From the NCBI GenBank assembly GCA_002633005.1, contig NMRA01000030.1:693630-757629 (forward strand): a stretch of DNA of 64,000 nt. The letters are read 5' to 3'. How positions within the stretch are numbered: position 1 is the stretch's first letter; every line of letters starts with the position of its first letter. The notes beneath the pieces were generated by a model, which ran no database searches, had not been told where the DNA came from, and saw only the letters and a list, made by a program, of their open reading frames with translations. Made by a program: the position numbers and the translations under genes. The DNA is from Phoronis australis. Its lineage: Eukaryota; Animalia; Phoronida. Shown in pieces: positions 54,201 to 64,000 of this stretch.

Positions 54201-55468
54201 TCCAGTTAGTGTACTACACCTGCAGATGATTTAAAAGTTACTGACATCTAATTTAGTCACTGTGTGTTGTTTATAGATGCTTCAAAGTAGCTTAGTTGTG
54301 TATTAAAAGAATAACCCACCTCTGATCAGTGTTTGTAAGTCAGGAGGTATATCAATACGCAGTCGTTTATCTTCAATCATATCCAATGTTTGTAGTTTTT
54401 AGCTTAATAGCTCATCAATTTTTAAAAATCGAAAACCAAACTTGGTTGTATCGTCCACCTGAAAAAAGCTGTGGTATTTGTTGTTAATGAAAACTGTTGG
54501 TTAATGCATTTTGAAAATTTGTCAGTATGTACAGGGAGAGGTGTTTACTACAGTTTATGGTCGGGTTACACTTAATTGAGTCTATACATTCTTCGCACCG
54601 AACAATGCGGTCATCGCAACTGAGTCCGACTCTAACACCAGGCTTTCTTTGATCCTGGTAAAAGCTGTTCAGAAGGACAAGCGGTGAAAAGTAACGCATA
54701 TCTTTACAAATGCATGACTTTCGTGTAAGCGTATAATTCACGGCATACCTCCACTTGCTCACATATTGAAAAGATAGAAAAAATACAGTGTAGAGCAACC
54801 AGGTTTGTCCTAAATGACCACTCAAGATACTGATCTGTCTCATCCATGCTTGCAACTCTCAAATAGCCCACCCTTCAAGAAAGACGACCTCAAAATAAAC
54901 TGTCCCTTCTGCACAAGACCGTAGGCCTACATAACCTGGTTGGTATTCCCCACTCATACCTTCCACTCCTACATATCTCTAGATCACGTAACTCCCACTC
55001 TCATACCTTTGAGACATCATACATCCACACTGTGTACTATGCAAACTCTTTCTTCCCATCTACCATTTTACTCTGGAGCAGACTCCCACAATTCGTCATC
55101 TCATCAGACACAATAGAGATGATCACAGGTCACATCCAGAACATCAATCTTACACAGTAATCAATAAAACCCGTTTTTATCTAGGCACTACCCAGCACTT
55201 TGTTTTATTGTTATTTTCACAGTTATGCACACCTCAGTTTATTACTAACATGCGCCAACATGTAAGGATCGGTATTACGATCGTTTGTTGTAAATGGGAA
55301 GAACAGCGAATGGTTGCCCAGTAACTCGGAATAGTTTAACAAAATGCAAGCTATGAATATTCTTAAGTGGTCGTTGTAAGCTGACTTATAAGTTCATCTA
55401 TGTTCGTAGTTGGAACGAGAACATTTTCGTACCTGATCTGCGTCCAGGTTGGTGGACGTTTTTGACAT
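36164..55468 (-). CDS. PPP1R36: PPP1R36/C14orf50-like protein, 16 coding exons, 1323 nt, 440 aa (whole gene span)
   Basis: All 15 introns are GT-AG with compatible phases and the joined frame is open. Motifs GKWIWKD, VLLEDVK, FDEFLIYLL, AAQKLLGQGYCVLVLGLG..QHHMACG, YESLYSYC.YFIWISFRR, KRPAIRSIINQRSP and IGIIGEP match my recollection of human PPP1R36 in the same order. Confidence 0.9.
38327..38518. other. Assembly gap (N run) in the last PPP1R36-like intron
   Basis: Run of N; flanking exon phases are compatible without an extra exon. Confidence 0.99.
39013..39071 (-). CDS. PPP1R36: PPP1R36-like exon 15 (GENSDTNRPTQSTVPSAQQ)
   Basis: tttttttaag acceptor, gtttgc donor, 59 nt, phase 2->1; needed to join exon 14 to the last exon in frame. 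Confidence 0.75.
39320..39544. repeat. ~69 bp tandem repeat overlapping the exon 14 donor
   Basis: About 3 copies, each with a variant of aaaatttac|ctgatggctgga. Confidence 0.9.
39533..39643 (-). CDS. PPP1R36: PPP1R36-like exon 14 (IGIIGEPLTLFNSITLAPKDLEETED...)
   Basis: atttttag acceptor, gtaaat donor, 111 nt, phase 2->2; conserved GIxGEP. Confidence 0.9.
39779..40268. mobile_element. hAT-like MITE with a 6-bp TSD
   Basis: 13-bp TIR CAGGGCTTGGAAT; AGTAAC on both flanks; subterminal gcggaa repeats. Confidence 0.8.
41166..41249 (-). CDS. PPP1R36: PPP1R36-like exon 13 (SLSKQTLDDPDDILQNLSSVNINRGNL)
   Basis: tcttgtag acceptor, gtaagt donor, 84 nt, phase 2->2. Confidence 0.8.
41651..41740 (-). 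CDS. PPP1R36: PPP1R36-like exon 12 (QRSPAVVAILPSPKEEAGYLFKRSRPLSP)
   Basis: tgtttgcag acceptor, gtatgc donor, 90 nt, phase 2->2. Confidence 0.87.
42184..42213 (-). CDS. PPP1R36: PPP1R36-like exon 11, 30-nt microexon (KRPAIRSII)
   Basis: attttag acceptor, gtaagt donor, phase 2->2; restores the conserved KRPAI motif. Confidence 0.88.
42694..42927. repeat. Tandem repeat of the 3' end of exon 10 plus its donor
   Basis: About 6 copies of (acataacttac)ggatgtaaccttctatattcagctggagata. Confidence 0.9.
42896..42962 (-). CDS. PPP1R36: PPP1R36-like exon 10 (NDDGIKVPEQKLSPAEYRRLH)
   Basis: catttcag acceptor, gtaagt donor, 67 nt, phase 1->2. Confidence 0.87.
44130..44185 (-). CDS. PPP1R36: PPP1R36-like exon 9 (ILRSDTFNPAIRVKNAPP)
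   Basis: attttcag acceptor, gtttgt donor, 56 nt, phase 2->1. Confidence 0.88.
45110..45235 (-). CDS. PPP1R36: PPP1R36-like exon 8 (SRVSATYQDRSMYESLYSYCSYFIWISFRRREFEVIKKELG)
   Basis: ctctccacag acceptor, gtaaga donor, 126 nt, phase 2->2. Confidence 0.92.
45916..46056 (-). CDS. PPP1R36: PPP1R36-like exon 7 (EPSAREKK...GYCVLVLGLGMVEQHHMACG)
   Basis: tcttctag acceptor, gtaagt donor, 141 nt, phase 2->2; most diagnostic family motif; lies within ORF 45912..46115. Confidence 0.92.
46501..46599 (-). CDS. PPP1R36: PPP1R36-like exon 6 (REQFDEFLIYLLIYFYWFFEKRTLDLKPNPMN)
   Basis: tttatttcag acceptor, gtaagt donor, 99 nt, phase 2->2. Confidence 0.9.
47030..47285. repeat. ~41 bp minisatellite, ~6 copies
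   Basis: tgtgtctggtagtgatgtcacacaatgtttacttagagcta. Confidence 0.93.
47470..48187. mobile_element. Pair of ~145 bp direct repeats (47470-47614 and 48043-48187) flanking ~430 bp; retroelement remnant of unclear class
   Basis: Near-identical direct repeats starting tttatcgtaatctattttgcccggggtac; no TG..CA termini. Confidence 0.55.
48519..48585 (-). CDS. PPP1R36: PPP1R36-like exon 5 (VAWDMVYDVQQISPHFESGIY)
   Basis: ttttcag acceptor, gtacac donor, 67 nt, phase 1->2. Confidence 0.85.
48880..49080. repeat. ~42-47 bp degenerate minisatellite
   Basis: gttcaagctaagttctaggaactaggtcattgctc repeated about 4.5 times. Confidence 0.85.
49997..50684. mobile_element. 688 bp palindromic (foldback) DNA transposon with an 8-bp TSD
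   Basis: 337-bp arms with about 2 mismatches seen, 14-nt loop at 50334-50347, termini CACAGGCG..CGCCTGTG, CATCACAG on both flanks. Confidence 0.92.
50832..50959 (-). CDS. PPP1R36: PPP1R36-like exon 4 (AQSGLTNRQYG...NVLLEDVK)
   Basis: tttttgcag acceptor, gtaaga donor, 128 nt, phase 2->1. Confidence 0.88.
51414..51488 (-). CDS. PPP1R36: PPP1R36-like exon 3 (STLDPRDPRSKKQGKGAQRKMQDN)
   Basis: Polypyrimidine ttcttag acceptor, gtatac donor, 75 nt, phase 2->2. Confidence 0.8.
51925..52001 (-). CDS. PPP1R36: PPP1R36-like exon 2 (SLVPHNGKWIWKDGDTEGYGTLEYV)
   Basis: tttcag acceptor, gtgggt donor, 77 nt, phase 0->2; conserved GxWxWKD. Confidence 0.9.
52001..52165. repeat. ~26 bp degenerate repeat abutting the exon 2 acceptor
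   Basis: About 6 copies of actgtgtaaatcaacccagaccacat. Confidence 0.85.
52995..53428 (+). mobile_element. Degraded LINE (CR1/L2/Jockey-group) ORF2 reverse transcriptase fragment
   Basis: Frameshifted translation NVRLF-DDAVLYRPI...WKMNFSMSKCNILRI...YFGVTLTNNLSWNTHID...KANRTHGFIKRNL...ALAYTSLVRTKLKYSSSIWD. Confidence 0.85.
54850..55170 (+). mobile_element. 3' end of a LINE ORF2, probably the same element as 52995-53428
   Basis: LQERR..NKLSLLHK...RSRNSHSHTF...YYANSFFPSTILLWSRLP, the typical SFFP.T...W..LP terminus. Confidence 0.8.
55313..55325. promoter_or_regulatory. RFX X-box-like motif GTTGCCCAGTAAC in intron 1 of the PPP1R36-like gene
   Basis: Fits GTTNCC-N(0-3)-RGYAAC; about 110 bp from exon 1. 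Confidence 0.5.
55433..55468 (-). CDS. PPP1R36: PPP1R36-like exon 1 (MSKTSTNLDADQ)
   Basis: ATG, 12 codons, CAG|gtacga donor in phase 0 matching exon 2; flanked by X-box-like motifs. Confidence 0.7.
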
Positions 55469-55492
55469 TTGAAAGAAAATGCGACAGCTTCA

Positions 55493-55506
55493 GCTTCCTT
55501 GGATAC
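55493..55506. promoter_or_regulatory. X-box-like motif GTATCCAAGGAAGC (minus strand) 25 bp upstream of the ATG
   Basis: Imperfect palindromic X-box match at the expected promoter/5' UTR position. Confidence 0.4.
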
Positions 55507-57742
55507 TAATGGTGGCCATTCAAGTTAAAAGTTAGATCGCGGAGTAGCTAAGCTTTCCATATTTAGTGAATTTAACTTTACAATACAGCCAACTAAACAA
55601 CTTTTTTGGAGTTAAAGTTTTTTTTGAAATTTAAATGCTTAATAATTATTGAAAATTTTGGTATTAGTTATTATATTAATTAAATAGTATACTCATGAAT
55701 GCACTTATTAGTTTACGTCTCCATACGGTAGTGACATCTTTTGACCATTACAGTACACACAGCTAATGCCAAAACATACCTTTGGAGTAAACGTAGACTA
55801 TTTGACCATGGTGTAAAGTATTATTAGAAGTCAGTGTTTTGACGTTTGGTTATATATAATTATCTGACTACGTAACTCAAACCATACACTATTTTAATTT
55901 GTTTTATGATCTGTGCCAAATTTCAATTTCAGTGTTAGAGACACCTTATTGTTTCTAGTTTAAAAAAATTGGTAGTACACCGAACTCGGCTCAAATATTC
56001 ATCCAAGATTGATCAGTGTGGAAAATCATAGGAACCGTGAAACCTCAAAAATTTTTAATGATATGTCAGGCAAATAAAGAATTTGAAAGTACCTGTGATC
56101 CATGACACCACTTGCTTTTCTCTAAGACTGGCGCAAGACTAAATGGCTTGTTTTTACACCCCATTTCTCCGTTGCATCTCTCTGGCAGTAAAAACAAATA
56201 TAAAAAAAAACACTGCGTGTTTGTTTCTGGATGTTGCATCAGACATTTGCCTAGGGCAGCTATCCTGCTTTCATTTTTAAATGTTGTGAACTCACAAGAC
56301 AGCATCAGAGTGCAGAATTGCTCTCCGGGTTTAGTGGTGAACTGGCTGATGTTAAACACACCAATCTTACCCAACTGTACAGCAACATTGCTTCCAGTAC
56401 CTAATTTCTTCCCATGCATCTAAAGTCTTCATTGCAAAAAAAGTTCAGAATTATTTTTAAAACATAGAAGCTGTACATGAAGTTGTACAGATAGAGGCTC
56501 AGTATTTATTGTGTAGCAGTATCATATATCAATTGTTCAGACTGAAGCTCTGAATTTTCGTGAGAAAAACAAACAATAAGAAAGTGGAATTTATTTGCCA
56601 ACACATTCTTATGGACACACAAAATCAGAGTCAACGCAGAATAAATATGCAGTCTTGTCACCCTGTCATACACTAGCTACAAAAATAGATTAACAATATG
56701 AAACTGTCAAAACTATATTTATAGTAAAAATTTTAATTACAAAAGCAATGTCATAATAAGGAATGTTTGCCACACATCTATTTATGTGTGCAAATTTGTC
56801 AATTTTCGATTGTCTAACCCAGTGACTCCGATCCACATAACTAGGCAAATTACACAAAGTAAATTAGTTAAGTGTTCATCGTATACTGTCAACAAACTAC
56901 ATCCAAATAACGCAATGTAATTTGCTGTATATTGTTATTGTAACATACAAGCACATTCTGTCAGAGAAGCAAAAAGCAAACTCTTCCTTTAGAGTAGGCC
57001 GTAACTTTCTATAATTACAAAGTACTCTACAAACTTCGGAGACTTTGCAATTGTATAAAAAGACTATTTTTTGTTCAGATATTATGCAAAAGACTTTGCC
57101 AAAACACTATAAACACTGTCTTGTAGTTCTTTTCCACAATACACCAGTCAAAACATGAGTAGTAAATTTACATCTTCAAAATAAATCACAAAAATGTCAA
57201 ATCAAATTTCTCCAGTGGAGAAACAAGATCGGTTGATTGTGTAAACATATTAGTAATTGGGCAAAAGCCATCAGCTACAAATATAGATTTACTACAAAAC
57301 GACATCACAAATAACATTAACATGGAAGCCTCATTGGGTGAGCCTAAGGTGCACAAAATTTTGTTCTTCACTGGACAAGGTAAACTCAGACTTCGGTCAA
57401 CAGGGGTTTTCTATATGAACAGAACAGACTCAATATTTACGAGGTGGGGCTAATGAAAAAGGGTCCACTTTACAACATTTTGAATAATTGAGAGCAGAAA
57501 ACAGTCCACAAGCATGGCACCATACATGGGATAAGAGTTGTACAGCTTCAAGGATAGTTGCCACTATCGCCACCTGGTGAATCTATGTAAATCTCGAGAG
57601 TTTCACAGATTAAAGCTGCTCTAACTTGCTTTTGTAAATAAACAACTTTTGATTTGTGCCATTTGGCATTATAGAACACGTACTTCACTGAGATGAACTG
57701 ATTCATGTTCTTGAGAAGAAATGAGTTTGTTATAGATGGAGG

Positions 57743-57985
57743 CCTGGGGCACGTTCCAACAAAACTGACTCAGCTAACACAAATCTTAAATTTTAAGATT
57801 AAAGTTAAATTTGTCTCAAGACCGTTTCAAAAAGAGATCTCATAAGTATGACTTAAGTTTTTGATATAAGTTTTGTCTTAATATTGACTTACCGGGTGTG
57901 GAAGTTTCAAAGTTTGGAAGTTTAGACAAATCTTATACTTTAGTCAAAAATGATCTTAAGTTAGTTTCTTGGAACTGGCCCCAGG
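57743..57985. mobile_element. MITE, possibly Harbinger-type with a CWG target
   Basis: TIRs ctggggcacgttccaacaaaact / agtttcttggaactggccccag. Confidence 0.6.
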
Positions 57986-58179
57986 CTCAAGACAGTTACG
58001 TCTATGTAGCACGCACAGTCTCGAGTAATAATAGTTCAGCTCAAGCCCAGAAATCACTTTGAATCAGATTAATAAACATGTTAAGACAAATTTTATAATG
58101 ATGCAGTCTAAATTAAAAGTTAGTTTTTAATGGAAGGCATGTTTATATCACCTTTATTTCTCCAGTGTCAGTAAGGACC

Positions 58180-58332
58180 AGATGACCAGAGGATCACTGT
58201 CAATCACAAAATAAGACCAGTTGACCAGAGGATGACTGTCAATCACAAAATAAGACCAGTTGACCAGAGGCTAATTGTCAATTACAAAATAAGACCAGTT
58301 GACTACAGGCTAATTGTCAATCACAAAATAAT
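58180..58332. repeat. Degenerate minisatellite in the presumed 3' UTR of the unidentified gene
   Basis: gaccagttgaccagagg..tgtcaatcacaaaataa repeated about 4 times. Confidence 0.85.
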
Positions 58333-58543
58333 CTGACAAGCAACACACATAATCTCAGTACTAGTTATAAGCAATGAAAAAAAGAACTTTGTCCAAGAGA
58401 GACAAGTATAGCAATTTAGATAAGTAAAACGCTGCCTTGTGACTTAGTTGAAGGAAATTACATGCCATATGCTGCCGTGTGATGTAGGGAAATTCATTAG
58501 AGTATGGTATTCAATATCCTAACCAAGCCTGCATATTCAGGAT

Positions 58544-58681
58544 TCAAAGCTTGAGTTCAGACTGAATATAGCTCAGTAGTCCAACAATAGCCTCGGAATG
58601 GTGGTTATACATTCTCCACAAGAGGGCACCTGCACCAATCCCACCAATGGCTGCCAGGGTAAATAAAGTTCTTGATATGAT
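58544..58681 (-). CDS. Unidentified gene, terminal coding exon with a transmembrane-like helix
   Basis: cattttgcag acceptor, 45 codons plus TGA; TLFTLAAIGGIGAGALLW is hydrophobic and GxxxG-like; AATAAA candidates at ~58153 and 56505-56510. Confidence 0.72.
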   Translation of the reverse strand: MISRTLFTLAAIGGIGAGALLWRMYNHHSEAIVGLLSYIQSELKL

Positions 58682-61600
58682 CTGCAAAATGCAAGGTATT
58701 TATAACTGTTGGAAAAAGGAACTGGCAGTAATATTTTAACACGTTACAATAACAACAACCAAGAACACGGTATATGTGAGCAGCAAAATCCATGTGTCAA
58801 CATGTCCGTATATGTCAACTGGTTCCTACGAATATCCACATTTTGGAACAAGAACCTCTATGCAAAAAACTTTAAGAATTCAAGTGAGTGCTGAGTTACT
58901 TGCTGTATCACTGTGGATATGACACTTTAATTCAAGATTAATTGAAATGTGGTAAGAATGGAAAAGACAGAAAATCCAGTTTAGGATGTGAACAAGGAAC
59001 ATAAACTTCAAGCGCCTACAGACTGGGCACATGCTACTATGTAACTAATGTGTTATTTCAAATACTGGTGCATAGGCCTAAATACATACATATAATGTAA
59101 TGTTTTAAAAGTAATTTTTGTCAAATCCCATCTACCATATCAGTAGCCAGGAAAAGAACATACATTTGGAGTTCTCAATCCAATAGAGAGCATTCAAGAA
59201 TGAGAGCCTGTACGGTCAACAGGACAATTAGCACAACATTGTTTTTTTGAGAGATAAATAAATCTCACTTGAGCAAAAGTGCAAAGTTTGAGAATATGCA
59301 CATAACTGCTAGTTACTTAGATAATTTCTACAAATTATTTCTACACTGTGATGAGCTCATTATTAATCGACTAAATAATTGTAAAGAGGAAGTGTATGAC
59401 CAACTTTTTGTCTTTTCACGAAACTGACCTCTGATACTCATTTCTCGCTGAGGACTTGAACAGCCTGGTTAGTCAGAGCTGAACTGTTTTAAAGCTCTAT
59501 TAAGGTGAAATCTTACCATATCCTGCTTTTCCCTGCGCTCAATACACTCGTGGTATCGTATTCGTGAGAAAGACACCTGAAACAAGAGGAAAATGCTTAG
59601 AACAGTAGCGTCCAAATTTGAATATAGTTCTGTGACACTGAAACAATTTTACTGCGACGAGTGCGAAAGTCACAGTACACACGTCGCCCAAACATGCGCA
59701 CGTAATTGTTGAAGCCATTTGAGCTGCCCCCAGTTCATATGACCATAAAACAACCACTTTTTCTCTTAGAGGTCCCCACCAGTTACTTGAAGGTCAAGGT
59801 CCATACATTGTCCAGTTGTACGAGGATCTTGGAGGCATAAGTTTCTCACCAAATTTAAACTATTCAACACAACATGAACTAATTAATGCAGACCTGTGTA
59901 CCACCAAAACTGCATTGGAGTACTCTGAACACCAGATTTGCAGATTTTTCAGTAAATTTGCATATTTTCGCTTACAGACCAACTTTACCTTAAAATAGAG
60001 AGGGGGGGGGTGAATTTTTCGCAGTGGACCTTTCAATAACTAAAAAAAAAAGCGTTTGCTCAGCATTCAGAGCTTTCGCCGAATTCTTGCCTCTTTAATG
60101 GACTTTTGTCTCGTTTTATCGGACTTTTGATTTCTCTCAGGACCTTTTTGTCCACTTTGCCAAATGGGGGACTCATTCAAGCCCCCCCTGGGTCAGCGCA
60201 TGGGTACTTTTCCTACTTACTTGCCTCTGAAACACTTTCTAAAGTACACATAGTGAATTGATCACCAATTTTCAGAATAATTTAAGTTGTTTAGTTGAGG
60301 GACAACATGCTTAGTGAAAAGATCCCGTTAATCAATAGGAAATGTCCTTACTGAACTTAGTTATGTTAATACATGCCTAATAATGTACATCTCATTTCTT
60401 AACACAAAAACATATCTACAAAAATGTGTTGATGAATCTGCACTGGACAATGTTTTGCACCAGACAATATTTTCTTAACCATTCAAAAAGTTTTGAATAA
60501 TTATTCATTGCAAGTGTCTGTGAACACGTACCACCATACCGCATGCAGAAAGACCCCGAGGCTCGACTGTGGCTCGAGTATTATCGTCAGCTCAACATGC
60601 TACGAAGTCAGTGCAGTCACCATGTCAGAGCAGTCACCATGTCCGCAAAAAAAAAACAACACGCTATACAACTTGCTGTATAAATTCCCTTGAATAAGAA
60701 ATTGTCATTCATTGGAATAACGTGGCAAAAATAGATGTTCCCTTCTTTCAGAAGCTACTTTCTTCACAGCTCGGAATATGCGACCACTCATGCTTTGCCA
60801 TTTTGTCACCAGTACGTATTTAGCCGTAAATAGCCAGAATTAGACGAAGTAAGCAATCCACAAATCACAGAAGTCATTGCTTATAGGTTAGGCCTGTGAC
60901 ACACATATCGTTAGAAGAGGCCTCATGATTCGCCGATTATCAGGCTATTTCAAGAATGAAACGAAGCAAGTTTTCCACTTTTTGGCTAAAATAATGATTT
61001 TATTTTTTTAATTTCTATTTTTTTAAATTTATAACTTTAAAATCTTGTTCCTCTCCTTTTTGACTACAAATTGGCATATTTATTGAGAAACAAGCGAATT
61101 AATTATCTTTTTTGAATTTGCTGAATTTGCATATTTTTACCTGGTCGTGCGTACTTGCGTACTAGAGGCTTGATTTCCATACGAAACCGCATGTTTGCGT
61201 ATGGTACACGTCTGCAAAGTCACTAAACGAGAGAACGCCGTCATGGCACAATCACCTGGCTACTCTATTAGGTATTTGACAACCACCTGGCTACTCTGTT
61301 AGGTATTTGAGAATTTGGCTTGTTCTGGAGACTAACAACGAAGGTGTTCAAGGCCTATGATGTTGTAACTGTGGCTACCAAAGTAAAATCCACCATTTCT
61401 TAAGTGAAAGAGTGGGAAATGTGGAATCTGAGTAATGGACTTTAATAAACATGCCATCCAGCATTACTTACACTTGTGTACAATGGCACCCATCTACTAG
61501 GCATCAGCCAGTAGAGAAAGTTGTCCAGTTTCTTTCTCATTAAGAACAGTCGCGAGTTAACTGACTTTCTCATCTGTAACAGGAGAAACGAGCAATCATG

Positions 61601-62657
61601 AATCACTAACACCATCAAGACAATGTTAAAACTCCAAAGAACTGAGCAATTTTTTCAAACTCATGTGAACACAGAAGCGCACAAGGCAGATTCAAGTAAT
61701 AGCTTAGTTCCTTTTCTGTACAAGTACACATATCAGTCTCCATTATAGAGCTAATATTAGGGAGTATACAATATAGCCTTAACACCCGTTAGACTTTCTT
61801 CTACTCAAACCACCTAACTTCATCAAGTTGAAGACACTGATGGATGTCAACAAGGAGAAAAATTATTATTTCGATTTTAAAATTAAAAAGTGTATATTCA
61901 GAAAAAATACATACTGCAGCACTGATTAAAAATATTCAAATCCGGTGAGTTTCTATCTAAGAATAATCCAGAGCTACTGATCCTGCTATGGAAAGCAGCA
62001 AGAGAAGGAGCCGTAAGGAGATTATTCCACAGCCTAATACACACCCAGTGCAAGTACACCAAGTTAACTTTAAAGCAACGTAACTAATTCAGGGCCTGGT
62101 CTCCAATCTTTTTACTCGAAATGGAAATTAGGTTTGGCATTTTCTAGTAACTCTACTTTTGGGCGAAATCAAGATAAGTGTCTATTATTCTATGCTCGAG
62201 TACACAATAACTTACGTAGATAATGTATTGCCCTTAGTTCACAGTTTGTAAACCCAATATTAAAGCAATAAGTTCGAGTTTGAACTCGAAATTTCGAGTT
62301 TTTACTCGAGTTTGTAGCACGAATATAAGGGTCTTCAAGGGCAAACTTGAACTAAAAACTCCTATGCATAAACTATAATGTATTCGAGCACAGTCTGATA
62401 ACCAATTATCTTAAGTTCGCACAAAAGGAGCAGAGAAATTGCCAAGAATAGTTTCGCGTTCGTTTCGAGTACAAAGATTAGAGACCGGGCCCAGATAGCT
62501 TTGCACAGGCAACAGGTCAAGGTCAAGAGATTTCCTTTTGTTGCTGTGCTTTAACAAATTTCTATTATACAAACCTCATAGTAGTTATATATGGCCAGAT
62601 CACACATGGCCATGGCATCAACTCCTCTGTGATCAGTGTAAGCGGGAAGAGCTTGAT
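58544..62657 (-). CDS. 3' part of an unidentified spliced gene with a C-terminal hydrophobic segment (4 exons; 5' end outside the window)
   Basis: Four GT-AG exons join in frame: QALPAYTDHRGVDAMAMCDLAIYNYYE|KVFQRQ|VSFSRIRYHECIERREKQDM|IISRTLFTLAAIGGIGAGALLWRMYNHHSEAIVGLLSYIQSELKL*. Confidence 0.72.
59517..59576 (-). CDS. Unidentified gene, exon n-1 (VSFSRIRYHECIERREKQDM)
   Basis: cctcttgtttcag acceptor, ATG|gtaaga donor, 60 nt, phase 0->0. Confidence 0.72.
60221..60238 (-). CDS. Unidentified gene, 18-nt microexon (KVFQRQ)
   Basis: actttag acceptor, gtaagt donor, phase 0->0. Confidence 0.55.
62093..62491. mobile_element. Harbinger-like MITE with a CAG TSD
   Basis: TIRs ggcctggtctccaatctttttactcgaaa / tttcgagtacaaagattagagaccgggcc; CAG on both flanks. 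Confidence 0.75.
62575..62657 (-). CDS. Unidentified gene, exon n-3
   Basis: ttttcatttcag acceptor, GAG|gtttgt donor, 83 nt, phase 1->0, open frame. Confidence 0.72.
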
Positions 62658-64000
62658 CTGAAATGAAAACAATACATAAGTCCAAAGAGCTCATTGATCA
62701 GTCTGTCATGATGGCTACAGGGAAGTTTAGTTAGCAAAAGACAAGAACACAAAGAGGTCACAATAATTTTGTTTGGTGAAAATGCCGTTTAAGGCAGGGT
62801 AGCACCTGCCTGACAAATTCCATCACTGAAGTTCATTTTTTAAGACCAGTGAATTTGACATTGGGTAGACACTAAGCTTGTGTGCAACACAATGTAGCAT
62901 GAATTTGACATCAGGAAGATATTGAGCCTGTGTGCAACACAGTCAGTGAACTTCACATTAGTCAGAAACTGAGCATGTTTTCAACACAATGCAGTGCTTG
63001 ATTTGGCGACCTCAGATTGGCGACCTGGAAAAAATCCCAAGCCGCCATAAAGTCACCACAGCGAGCATCAACATTACACAGTAATTCCCACGGAATTCAT
63101 TTCAACGTTTGTAGTGACTACCAAACTTTAACTTAGTATTGGTTTACCTAGATTTAATATGTTTGGTTCACAATTGTTCCGTTCATTTTGTGAAATCACT
63201 GCATTTGCCAACCTCAGCAGTTAGACACATCAAACATGTGCTTAAATTACAAAAGGAAGTCGGAATTGCTGGCAAAAATTGGCCCAGATCTATGAAACAC
63301 GTGCCTCTAACGTATGCAATCGTCTGCATTCTGTCTTGCTGGCAGGAGGAATTGAGTTGGAGATTGGATGGAGCATATTTCTTTACGGTGAGAAACTGAA
63401 GAGATATGCATAAGTTTCTGAGAACGGAGTACGTCATGAGCTTTTTTAAAAAAGGATACTAAATCCCGGTCTTGGCCTATAAACAAATACTAAAAACGAC
63501 TTTCCCATCCAGTTCTCTGAAACAAAATAATAACCCTTGACAACCCTCAAAAGTTTGGAGGAAAATTTAGAAACTTTTTTCAAAGTCTGCGAAACAGGCA
63601 AGCCGAGCGTGACCTACGCTTCTAGCAAATTACATGGCAGCTGAGAAAAGACTATCAACCAAGGACCATAAAGTCCAATCTGTGACATAAGGACTATGAC
63701 TTTTTAATTGATTCCTGTCTTTAAAAAGGAACTCGTATGCTAATTCCTTATCTCTGTGATTGCTTGGTCAAAAATAGCAACGGTGAATAGGAAGTACATT
63801 GAAAATTGCCAGTTTTGTGTCAAAAATGATCCACTGTAAATTACTCAACCAAGTCCAGTAAGTATTGTAATGTAGTGTTGGGGAATAGCACTGCATGATG
63901 CGGGCTACGTGAGCCCCCAAATTACATCATCAGTGCAAAGGTCACCCATTTGCAGAATTTTTTGGTTTCACATCTACAAGTTGTCAATGAATACAACTGC

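Noticed and set aside
59517-59576. Alternative first exon of the PPP1R36-like gene (ATG|gtaaga, phase 0)
   Set aside because: It has its own strong acceptor and fits in frame between the 60221 and 58681 exons of the upstream gene.

Overview
This is AT-rich, intron-rich animal genomic DNA, probably a marine invertebrate (inference only), not prokaryotic. The supplied ORF track is mostly noise. Assembling GT-AG exons by hand with phase checks gives three tandem minus-strand genes. (1) The last four exons (62657->58544) of an unidentified protein with a hydrophobic segment near its C-terminus, including an 18-nt microexon. (2) A complete 16-exon, 440-aa PPP1R36 (C14orf50)-like gene (55468->36164), with RFX X-box-like motifs around exon 1. 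(3) A 2-exon, ~149-aa CCDC32-like gene (33409->28971). Positions 1-28000 look non-coding apart from one candidate microexon. The window also holds many non-autonomous DNA transposons (foldback/MITE, Harbinger-, hAT-, MULE- and Helentron/HINE-like), LINE remnants, minisatellites and two assembly gaps. I found no clear-cut novel system. The most unusual signals are tandem duplications anchored on PPP1R36 splice junctions, a transposon carrying ~10 co-oriented CTCF-like motifs, and near-perfect palindromes inside transcribed regions. Gene names come from recalled similarity to human proteins, not from a database search.
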